A stretch of DNA of 44,110 nt from a virus (Duplodnaviria > Caudoviricetes): positions 1 through 44,110 of the IMG/VR virus record IMGVR_UViG_3300030376_001719; one strand, 5' to 3'. Below, in pieces: positions 1 to 7,713 of the stretch (its first letter is position 1; each line of letters starts with the position of its first letter). The notes under the pieces were generated by a model, which was not told where the DNA came from, did not search any database, and was given only the letters and a program-made list of their open reading frames with translations. The position numbers were made by a program, and so were the translations under genes.

Positions 1-92
1 GAGATAGCATCAGTGGCGATAGAGTCAACAACAGTAGAGTTAATGAAACCACAAGCTGCAGAGTTGATAGATTGGAAGGAAGCGTTGAACAT
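1..92 (-). CDS. Early hypothetical protein, truncated at window edge (MFNASFQSINSAACGFINSTVVDSIATDAI...)
   Basis: ATG at 92-90 after a CA-rich leader; frame stays open to position 1; lies downstream of the candidate early promoters. Confidence 0.5.
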   Translation of the reverse strand, partial: MFNASFQSINSAACGFINSTVVDSIATDAI

Positions 93-129
93 AATGAGTG
101 TGTTTGATAGTAAATGAGTAGTCAGTAGT

Positions 130-221
130 GAGCGTAGCAAGCTACACTCTGAGATGACTACATAAAACCAACCGTTTGGAATGGTTTGAGGTAGTGATCT
201 GTGGAAGCGAAGCTTACGCTC
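130..221 (-). other. Long interrupted hairpin in early leader (RNase III-site-like)
   Basis: Nested inverted repeats GAGCGTA(130-136)/TACGCTC(215-221), AGAT/ATCT, ACTAC/GTAGT, AAACCA(165-170)/TGGTTT(182-187). Confidence 0.45.
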
Positions 222-243
222 CGTGTGTTTGTCTGACTCTGTC

Positions 244-475
244 AGTATAGCAGCTGTGGATCAGCTTGTGTGGGTTGGTGTGACACTTGTTCGTTTGTCC
301 ATGATCAATGCTTGACGCTCAGTGTAGTAGAAAGACTCAGCGTGTCTCGTTGCTGGAAGTGTTGGACGTTGTGGCATTGGATTCAGCCATGAGTACATTC
401 GAGCTTGTCTGTCTTACTCCCATATTATACACACAGGTTCAAGCGGTTTGGTGCTGGTGTTGTGCCAGTATGTCC
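244..475 (-). promoter_or_regulatory. Candidate host-RNAP early promoters
   Basis: Minus-strand -10 boxes TGCTATACT (252-244) and TATAAT (429-424), possible third TACACT near 325-320; no canonical -35; gene-free region facing the early genes. Confidence 0.45.
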
Positions 476-925
476 ACTGGTTGTTCACTGGTTGCGCAAC
501 AGATGTTCGTATGAATACGTATTCGTATCGGTGTAACGCACAGTATTATTCCGTGATCACACAGTATAGAACCGGTTGTTATCTGTTGTCAACCGGTTGT
601 GTACAGTAAAAAAACTGGACCCCCTATGGGGTAAACTAGTACACCTGTACTATGATAATAGGCTTCACAAATTTCCGCCGTTTTTTAACCGGTCTATTTC
701 CGATAAAACAGCTGATATGATGTCAGGGGAGGCTTTCATTGAGGTTAATTCTTTTAGCAGCGTCTCTAAGACGATTAGCTTCTCTTGGATCGGGTCCATC
801 TTGTTTAAATTGGGTTACATACGGTGGAATCCAGGTCCAAGGGGTAAGACACTGCTGTATATTAACAGGATATTTAAGACACATGGTGGTCATCATTGTA
901 AACCACAGGATTATGTTACTCATTG

Positions 926-1306
926 CTATACAACCATCTTAGTATTGTCATTTGGTTCCAGGTGGGCTTCTGGTTCGTCTTGATGAACCTCAGGTCCAAA
1001 ACCATGCTTAGCAATGTAGTTAAGATAACCATCATCGGTCTTATCTGTTTTACTGCCATATTGTTTAACCATTTCATAACACCAATCCCTCATCTCATTA
1101 ACTGAAGGTGTAAAACGTGCTACACCAAACACTGCTCCTACTTGTTTAGGAGTCATCCGTATGTAAGCTGCATTCTTGTAGTAAACACGGAAGTAATTAG
1201 AACCGGTTCTATTCCGGTGATACACCACGTTAGATTCGTTAGTGTTATTAGGAAATGCGTATTCCATCTGTGAGTGGGTAGTAGTAGTATAATAAGAGTT
1301 ATCCAT
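926..1306 (-). CDS. Hypothetical protein, last gene before the right genome end
   Basis: 126-aa ORF on the coding strand after terminase. Confidence 0.65.
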   Translation of the reverse strand: MDNSYYTTTTHSQMEYAFPNNTNESNVVYHRNRTGSNYFRVYYKNAAYIRMTPKQVGAVFGVARFTPSVNEMRDWCYEMVKQYGSKTDKTDDGYLNYIAKHGFGPEVHQDEPEAHLEPNDNTKMVV

Positions 1307-1397
1307 ACCGGGGATAACCGGTATTAAATAGAAAGAGGGAGATTGTCTTTACAAAGTAAAGGCATGTCTCCCTCACAGGAGGCGGGTCCACCCTTCC

Positions 1398-1422
1398 CTC
1401 CCCCTGTATTAGGGACGGATTG
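1398..1422 (-). promoter_or_regulatory. Putative phage RNAP promoter, right-end (phiOR-like) copy: CAATCCGTCCCTAATACAGGG
   Basis: 21-bp exact match (1402-1422) to 41672-41692; ends in a G-run like T7-family promoters; immediately after terminase. Confidence 0.7.
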
Positions 1423-1426
1423 GAAT

Positions 1427-3154
1427 TTACCAGTGAGGGACTACCTTTTTACCACGGTGTAATCTAGCTTGTCTACGTTGTTGTAAGTTCATACCAAAAC
1501 CCATAGCATTTACTGCTGCTTCTGGGTCTTCTAACCATGCATCGAGCATATCATCCCATTCTTCTTTCTTACGTATGTTAATACTTTCTTGTGCACTAAT
1601 AGCTAGGGCATCTGTAAAGTATTTAACACCTTGTGCTAGGCAGTCTAGTCTGTCGTCGTGTTTAACTGCGCCTTTTTCACGACACATACGGCTCATTTGG
1701 TAGAAGAGCATGTACATGAGGCGTTCTTCGGGAGCTGCATCCTTGTTAGAGGTGTAATCCCAATCAATGACACCACGATCAACAACCATCCTATGTTGAT
1801 TAAGAACAGGTTCAAGCGCATCGATGATACGATCTTCTTTTCTGACGTTTGCTCGTACTTCTTCGACATCGATCAGTTGTTTAGTTTGTTGTAGGTGTTT
1901 ACGGAACAACTCTGATACGATACCGTCACCAAAGTTTGTTTCTATAACTAGTTTTTTAACATCATACTTCTTACAGCCACGTAGGATATCTAGAAGGGTT
2001 CGGTCTGAATATCCGTCTTTATAAGCTCGCATTTCGTGCAAGTACAATATACCGTTTCGTTGGGAGAGATAAGCTGCTGCTGTCTCATCTGAGCCTCTAC
2101 CCGACGGGTCAACTGAGCAGATTGTCTCGGTGTAAGCACCCCACTCGCCTTGCTGTTGCATTGGACTGTAGAAATAATCTCCAGGTAAACCGACAGTGGG
2201 AGCGTCTTTAATAACATTGGCTGGATCGGAGCACCATATGATGTTCTCGGGAGCAGACTTAGGGTTAACACTAGTAACAATAAGATCTGCCATTTTAAGC
2301 GGAAACTTGTCAGCATCACTAAGACTCGTGTCTAACATGAACTGTAGCATGAAGTTCGACCGTCCCATGGACGCTTCACGCTGTATCAAATCCTCATTAT
2401 CAAACCGATCATCTGTTACGTCCCAGGGTTCTGATCCGGTGTCAATATCGGCTTGAAGGGTAGGGGCGAGGAGTCCCTCATACTTACTGGCATCACGGGG
2501 ATAACGTGCTGGCCACACGAAAGGGCGATAATTCCTTTCTGCAAGTTTTCTATAGACGGTGAAGTTGTTCTGAGGAGTACCCAGGAACATAATTCTGCTA
2601 TCATCTTTCGGTGTTAGGATAGATTCTGATTCAGTACAGAGTTGTAAAAGTTTCTCCCTCATCAATTCTGTCATTGAGTTGCCGGGCACCTCGATGTCAT
2701 CGAGAATCATAAGGTCTGCGCGGCTTCCAGTCAATTGGCCAGTAATCCCGACGGATTTGACTGATGGCGCTTGGTGGGGAGAGCAGTTTACGTCGAAAGA
2801 GATCCGACTCCATCTGGCGTCGTCGCTCTTCGGTTTCAAATGGTTCAACCATGGTGTCTCAATAATCAGCTTTTGTAGGAAGATAGACATGTTATCTGCA
2901 CGCTCTTTCGATGCGGAGATAATCATAATTTTCTTTTCTGGATTATTAAATAGTGTCCACAACACAAATGCGCCTGTAATCCAGCTTTTGCCGACTCCTC
3001 GGAATGCCTGGATCTGTAAACGCTTTGGACCGTGTTGTAAATAGTCAGCAATAGAATACTGTGCTCTTGTAGGATTAGGGAGGTCCAGCTGTCCCCACAG
3101 GGCTTGTAGGAACAGCTTAAAATCATCCTGCAAGGCTTGGATAACGTCTTGCAT
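1427..3154 (-). CDS. terL: Terminase large subunit (T7 gp19-like, DNA maturase B)
   Basis: Walker A AFRGVGKS, Walker B LMILDDIE, nuclease motifs SVDPSGRGSDE and HDDRLD; 575 aa. Confidence 0.97.
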   Translation of the reverse strand: MQDVIQALQDDFKLFLQALWGQLDLPNPTRAQYSIADYLQHGPKRLQIQAFRGVGKSWITGAFVLWTLFNNPEKKIMIISASKERADNMSIFLQKLIIETPWLNHLKPKSDDARWSRISFDVNCSPHQAPSVKSVGITGQLTGSRADLMILDDIEVPGNSMTELMREKLLQLCTESESILTPKDDSRIMFLGTPQNNFTVYRKLAERNYRPFVWPARYPRDASKYEGLLAPTLQADIDTGSEPWDVTDDRFDNEDLIQREASMGRSNFMLQFMLDTSLSDADKFPLKMADLIVTSVNPKSAPENIIWCSDPANVIKDAPTVGLPGDYFYSPMQQQGEWGAYTETICSVDPSGRGSDETAAAYLSQRNGILYLHEMRAYKDGYSDRTLLDILRGCKKYDVKKLVIETNFGDGIVSELFRKHLQQTKQLIDVEEVRANVRKEDRIIDALEPVLNQHRMVVDRGVIDWDYTSNKDAAPEERLMYMLFYQMSRMCREKGAVKHDDRLDCLAQGVKYFTDALAISAQESINIRKKEEWDDMLDAWLEDPEAAVNAMGFGMNLQQRRQARLHRGKKVVPHW

Positions 3155-3157
3155 AAG

Positions 3158-4579
3158 TTAAAATCCGCTATAACCTCCTAGCGTAATAGAAGGTAGCTTG
3201 TCTTTTGCTTTTTGATATAAACTTTCTAATGCACCTAAACCTTGTTTACCAGTTTCTAGTAGTTCACCAGGTAAACGTTCTAATGATTCTAAGGTTTGTT
3301 GTGCATCTGCCATAGGCATTGGTGTATTACCTTGTGAAACACCAGTCATTTGTGTTTGTTCAGCTGCTTGTTTAACACCTTCACTTACTGGTTTATCTTC
3401 TTCTGCAAACCCACGATAAATATCCATTCGTTTATTACCATAATCTGCAGGAGTAGATAATAGTTCACCAGCAATAGGTAAAAAATCAGCTAAACCAGAA
3501 ATACCACTAAGAGTAAATTGAAGGAAATCGGCAGGATCTTTTGTTTCTGTTGCAACATCTAATCTAATAGCAGTTTCAGCTAAACTAGATCCAGCTCCAA
3601 GTATACTAAAACCACCAGCAGCAAGACCTGTTTTAGTTAAAAGATTAGCGGCTTTTCGTTTACCTTTTATAGAAGTAGGAGCATCTCCACGTAATTCAGC
3701 GTTTAATGCTGCAATATTAGGATTAGCTATTTCTTCAGGCGTAGCAACACGGTTTCTAGGGTTATACCCTGGTGTGTGTCCTTGTTGCCATAGATCTAAA
3801 ATACCTTTATCCGGATATTTTTCATCTAATTTTATAATACCTGCTTTATCTTTCCAGAATGCGTCAGGTTCTTTTATTTCGTTTTTAATTGCTAGTAATC
3901 GGTTTCTAACAGTATTAGGATCATTAAATCTAGACTCAATACGTTTCTGAGCACGGTATTTTTCATGGAGAGTTTCCATAGTCCGTGCATCAGTCCCTTC
4001 TTGAGTCATAAATTTAATTTCTTCACCTTTAGTACCTTCAAAGTGATAAGATGTTAGTTGATCAATACTTATTTCACCTGGTTTTTGACCGGGCGCTTTA
4101 TAACCATAGTGATCAGACTCACCGCCAGGATATCTAGGACCAGATGATCCAATACCAGAATCACCTAATTCTTTAGCAGTTTTATCGAAGCTAAGGTAAT
4201 CTTGAGCCCTGGCGTCATCTGGAATTGCTTCAGCAAATTGATCAAGTTCTGCACCATGATGGACGTGTTGACTTGCCCATTCTCTAGCTTCTGCTAATAA
4301 ATCATCACCAACTTTTGATTTTGGTACTTTATCAGGATTAGTCGTGCTAAAAATAGGTCCAACAAATCTTTTTGGTGTCTTTTTTCGTCCAATTAAAAAA
4401 GAAAATACTTCTTCATCAGTATATCTTTTAAACAGTTCTTCTGCTCGTGTCTGTTTTATATCATTGATAAACCGTCTGTATTTTCCTTGGGCATTTTTAT
4501 TCGCTGTTTTAGATGCTTTAACAGCATTTTTAACCAGCATTTCTTTGAAATAATTCAGAAGCTCAAGATCTCTATCCAT
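3158..4579 (-). CDS. Hypothetical protein (473 aa)
   Basis: Long ORF abutting HNH gene and terL; no recognised motif; hydrophobic Gly-rich segments in the C-terminal third. Confidence 0.8.
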   Translation of the reverse strand: MDRDLELLNYFKEMLVKNAVKASKTANKNAQGKYRRFINDIKQTRAEELFKRYTDEEVFSFLIGRKKTPKRFVGPIFSTTNPDKVPKSKVGDDLLAEAREWASQHVHHGAELDQFAEAIPDDARAQDYLSFDKTAKELGDSGIGSSGPRYPGGESDHYGYKAPGQKPGEISIDQLTSYHFEGTKGEEIKFMTQEGTDARTMETLHEKYRAQKRIESRFNDPNTVRNRLLAIKNEIKEPDAFWKDKAGIIKLDEKYPDKGILDLWQQGHTPGYNPRNRVATPEEIANPNIAALNAELRGDAPTSIKGKRKAANLLTKTGLAAGGFSILGAGSSLAETAIRLDVATETKDPADFLQFTLSGISGLADFLPIAGELLSTPADYGNKRMDIYRGFAEEDKPVSEGVKQAAEQTQMTGVSQGNTPMPMADAQQTLESLERLPGELLETGKQGLGALESLYQKAKDKLPSITLGGYSGF

Positions 4580-4908
4580 TAGCTAATGTGATCTAAAATA
4601 CGTTGTTGTCTTTCTGGATGAAGACCAAAGCGTGCTAGCATCCAGTCTTCCCAGTGTTCGCTTCCTTTGCTCTGATTACAACTGCGACAGGCTGGGACGC
4701 AGTTACTTGAGATAGTTTCGCCGCCGTTAGAACGAGGCTTAACGTGATCAATAGTAAGTTCATGTAAGTCATAAGATTCTCCACAATAAACACATGTTTT
4801 GCCGAAAGATTCCTTAATGGCACGCCTCCAAAGGCGTGTAGCTTCGGAAGACGTCATGGTTATTAGGTTTGCAATGTAGTAATCAGGATTAGGAAGTAAA
4901 GGAGTCAT
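4579..4908 (-). CDS. HNH endonuclease
   Basis: CVYCG...LTIDHVKPRSNGG...NCVPACRSCNQSKG motif. Confidence 0.93.
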   Translation of the reverse strand: MTPLLPNPDYYIANLITMTSSEATRLWRRAIKESFGKTCVYCGESYDLHELTIDHVKPRSNGGETISSNCVPACRSCNQSKGSEHWEDWMLARFGLHPERQQRILDHIS

Positions 4909-5150
4909 GCAGAGCGTTTGGGTTTTTTACGAGCAGCATTAGAGCTAGCATTTTGGGGTCTACCCTGTGTTGTACTGCCAGCGTAATGACCAGCTTCACG
5001 GGGATCACCCTTTGCCATCTTTAATTTGCGTCGTAATTTATTAGCGTTAGTGCGTAGTGACTTACCTTTTTCTGTTCGATTGTATGCGGTTTGTTGCGAT
5101 TTATGGTTCCCATTGGAATATTTGGGACCATCAAAGCGTTTTTTAGCCAT
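4905..5150 (-). CDS. Small basic hypothetical protein (possibly a degenerate HNH-like fold)
   Basis: 81-aa K/R-rich ORF between terS and HNH, 4-nt overlap with HNH. Confidence 0.7.
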   Translation of the reverse strand: MAKKRFDGPKYSNGNHKSQQTAYNRTEKGKSLRTNANKLRRKLKMAKGDPREAGHYAGSTTQGRPQNASSNAARKKPKRSA

Positions 5151-5156
5151 AAATCC

Positions 5157-5405
5157 CTAGTGAACACGCCCATACAGGCGCTTTTGTACCATTTCTGGGT
5201 CAACATCAGGCATAACCTTAGCAAGTTTTGCCAATGGGTTACTATCTGATGCAACACCGCTGATGTCATTGGCTTTGAGCCAGTCACATGCAGCCTTCAG
5301 GTCTTGAGTGGTGGCTTCTCCCGACTTAATACGAGCCAAAAACTCTTTAGTAACTAGGTTATGTAGCTCGTTAAATTGTGTTTCTGTGGCTTTTTTATGC
5401 GCCAT
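5157..5405 (-). CDS. terS: Terminase small subunit (T7 gp18-like, DNA maturase A)
   Basis: KATETQFNELH...RIKSGEATTQDLKAACDWLKANDI pattern; size and position. Confidence 0.85.
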   Translation of the reverse strand: MAHKKATETQFNELHNLVTKEFLARIKSGEATTQDLKAACDWLKANDISGVASDSNPLAKLAKVMPDVDPEMVQKRLYGRVH

Positions 5406-5652
5406 TGCGTAAAACTATTTGATCTAATTTGTTTTCAATGCGTACCATGTGGTCTTCCATGCGCTTAGTCATGATAGATAGGTCAGCTTTAGACACATAA
5501 TCCTGAGCAACGCCAAGTTCTATTGCATCTATACGCCGATCAAGACCACTGATGCGGTCATGTACGTTATTTATTCGTTGATGTAGGCGGTTATTGAGCG
5601 CTGCTCCCCCGGCTATCCCGGCTATCGCTACGCTGATTATTGCTTCCAGCAT
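5395..5652 (-). CDS. Membrane-anchored coiled-coil protein (holin/spanin candidate)
   Basis: N-terminal hydrophobic helix then heptad-rich segment; sits just upstream of terS. Confidence 0.7.
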   Translation of the reverse strand: MLEAIISVAIAGIAGGAALNNRLHQRINNVHDRISGLDRRIDAIELGVAQDYVSKADLSIMTKRMEDHMVRIENKLDQIVLRNGA

Positions 5653-6211
5653 TATTAATAGATACGATTGGAACTATGTCATTACACAAGTGTTCGACAC
5701 GTGAGCCAGGTCTAAATGTAAAACCTTTTCGCATAAGGTCTGCACATTTCTCTGCTCGTATCAGCTCATAGTTGAGCCGCATCTTTTGTTCGTGTCGTTT
5801 TGCTATTGCCTTGCACTGCTCGATCATTCCACTATCAAGTGGCACCATAAAATTAACCTGTGCACCCCAGTTTGAGTTACGAACGTAACTATCGGGATCT
5901 ACAGGTCGTGTTTCATTTCCCATCATAAATGGGCTTAGTGTCATTGTCGGACCATTACAGGAATTGGACCCTGCAAAGTATTGACGTGACGGAGCTCCGT
6001 TGTTCTGGAATTGCACCGCTTGATTTGTGACGTTACCAGTAGCAGCGGCAACAGGATTAGAGGTATTCTGTACGCGAGGTTCATCAGCATAAGCCGGTCC
6101 TACTGCGAGAAGATAGACAAGGACGTGGTAGTAGAAGTGATGTCGATGTCTTCGGTAATTGTGATGTCTTCGATTACCCCTGCTGTGCGGGAGGTGATCT
6201 CCAGCTGCCAC
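5591..6211 (-). CDS. Conserved-type cyanophage secreted/virion protein; start uncertain
   Basis: Signal-like VLVYLLAVGPAYA then NPVAAATGNVTNQAVQFQNNGAPSRQ and four Cys; nearest in-frame start is GTG 6211 preceded by AGGAG; ORF open to 6292. Confidence 0.7.
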   Translation of the reverse strand: MAAGDHLPHSRGNRRHHNYRRHRHHFYYHVLVYLLAVGPAYADEPRVQNTSNPVAAATGNVTNQAVQFQNNGAPSRQYFAGSNSCNGPTMTLSPFMMGNETRPVDPDSYVRNSNWGAQVNFMVPLDSGMIEQCKAIAKRHEQKMRLNYELIRAEKCADLMRKGFTFRPGSRVEHLCNDIVPIVSINNAGSNNQRSDSRDSRGSSAQ

Positions 6212-6453
6212 GGATCTCCTGCGGTAGTAACCGAGTAGGTAGTTGCAGAGTCGGAGATATCCCCGCTTGGGGTTACATTTGTGCCAGACCATGAGGAATA
6301 GGTACCACCCATAACCTCTGTTTCAATAACTCGGTCAATGGTGGTTGTAGTAGTTGTAGTGGCCTGCATACTGCCTTGGGTAAAATTAGGCGTAACAGTC
6401 TGGCCAAGAGCTACTGCTGGCGTAAAAACTAGGAGTGCTAGTAAATGTTTCAT
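6100..6453 (-). CDS. Secreted Thr-rich hypothetical protein
   Basis: Signal peptide MKHLLALLVFTPAVALG; VTPNFTQGSM motif; beta-rich. Confidence 0.8.
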   Translation of the reverse strand: MKHLLALLVFTPAVALGQTVTPNFTQGSMQATTTTTTTIDRVIETEVMGGTYSSWSGTNVTPSGDISDSATTYSVTTAGDPWQLEITSRTAGVIEDITITEDIDITSTTTSLSIFSQ

Positions 6454-6626
6454 TCTTTCTTTTCACGGGTGATAGAAAACGTTGCCAATGTGCCACTAAG
6501 AATAGAAGCAACATAGGTAGGGTCCATCTTTTCCATCCATCCTGCATACGATGCAGTTAAGAGTCCGGCGGACCAGACGAGGACGAGGAATTTGATGAAT
6601 CCTTCTTTTTTGTTATCTTTGTCCAT
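6450..6626 (-). CDS. 58-aa two-TM membrane protein (holin candidate)
   Basis: Hand-translated MDKDNKKEGFIKFLVLVWSAGLLTASYAGWMEKMDPTYVASILSGTLATFSITREKKE; ATGA overlap with next gene. Confidence 0.7.
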   Translation of the reverse strand: MDKDNKKEGFIKFLVLVWSAGLLTASYAGWMEKMDPTYVASILSGTLATFSITREKKE

Positions 6627-7012
6627 GCAGTTTTGATTATTGGTTTAAACAGAGAAACAAGACGTTTAAAAACTGCAGTAGCTGTAAGGGTGGCCGCAAC
6701 AGACACAGTTGCTGTGCTTACGGCAGTGACCAGGATTTCTTGACTTGGTACCGGCACATCTTTATCGATGATTGGTACCGTCACATAGTCCATCTCTGGT
6801 GCTTTAGGTGTATTGGTTGTAGGTGTATTTGGTTGTTGTCCTTCTAAGGGTTTCCCTTTGACTCCAGGAGGCGCTCTAAGGCTGCTAGGAGGCACCACAA
6901 TGGGCTTGTAACTAGGTACATGAGCATCTGGTACCTCCAGTATCGGAACCGGCAATGCAAGCGGTTCTGGAAGGGCCATGTAGGGAAGCTTAGGTGGCTC
7001 CCCTAAATCCAT
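6557..7012 (-). CDS. Pro-rich hypothetical protein with C-terminal hydrophobic helix
   Basis: 151-aa ORF, TAATG-coupled to the upstream gene. Confidence 0.75.
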   Translation of the reverse strand: MDLGEPPKLPYMALPEPLALPVPILEVPDAHVPSYKPIVVPPSSLRAPPGVKGKPLEGQQPNTPTTNTPKAPEMDYVTVPIIDKDVPVPSQEILVTAVSTATVSVAATLTATAVFKRLVSLFKPIIKTAWTKITKKKDSSNSSSSSGPPDS

Positions 7013-7179
7013 TAAAGTTTAGAAGCAGGGAACAAACCGTTGCGGATAAATTCCACGGCTTTGTCATCAACTTCATTGTCCGTGGACTCCACCAGTTTGG
7101 TGAGCATGTCAACGATAAGAAGTTTAACTTTGTCAGAGTTCAGAAAGCTGAACAGGATTGGACGGATAAGGGTGATCAT
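7012..7179 (-). CDS. 55-aa hypothetical protein
   Basis: Hand-translated MITLIRPILFSFLNSDKVKLLIVDMLTKLVESTDNEVDDKAVEFIRNGLFPASKL; start/stop overlaps on both sides. Confidence 0.75.
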   Translation of the reverse strand: MITLIRPILFSFLNSDKVKLLIVDMLTKLVESTDNEVDDKAVEFIRNGLFPASKL

Positions 7180-7700
7180 AATTTAGGCCAAGGTGTAAGG
7201 TGTGCAGCTGGATTATCGATGTATGTTTCACCATCAGTATCCAGCACTTTGTCGGGAGCTTTCATTAAAGCTTCCAGTTCAGCAGTAGTAGATACTGCCG
7301 TAATTTCAGTTTCACGTGTATTGCATACAGTACGGACTGCAGCACGATAGGTAGCTACATCATTAGGAATAGCTACATCTGTTTCAGACTTGCGAACAAC
7401 GTACCAATCAGTGTTACTTAACATCTGACCAGCAATTGTTTTTTGTTGTTGAACAATACCGGGACGAATACCCGTATATTTATTACCGTCTTTATCAGTA
7501 CCATCATCGAGATAACGAGGGTTACCAGCACTAAAATAATACTTACTATCAAACGGTGCTGGATCTGCTTCATAGGTAATACCGATTGCAGTTTTTTCTT
7601 CAACACTTAATGCAGTAGCCCACAGTTGTGAGTAACTTGCAGTAGCTGTATTAAAAGGACGACCAACACGCAGCCGCCGTCCATCAAGCATATAAGGCAT
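7176..7700 (-). CDS. Tail fibre assembly/chaperone-like protein
   Basis: LSNTDWYVVRKSE...YRAAVR motif and C-terminal WP; follows fibre genes. Confidence 0.7.
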   Translation of the reverse strand: MPYMLDGRRLRVGRPFNTATASYSQLWATALSVEEKTAIGITYEADPAPFDSKYYFSAGNPRYLDDGTDKDGNKYTGIRPGIVQQQKTIAGQMLSNTDWYVVRKSETDVAIPNDVATYRAAVRTVCNTRETEITAVSTTAELEALMKAPDKVLDTDGETYIDNPAAHLTPWPKL

Positions 7701-7713
7701 AATTTTTAATTAA

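Noticed and set aside
308-1105. Plus-strand ORFs and the 723-923 minus ORF near the genome end
   Set aside because: No recognisable motifs or SD; they overlap promoter and terminus elements. The 723-923 ORF is possible but unsupported
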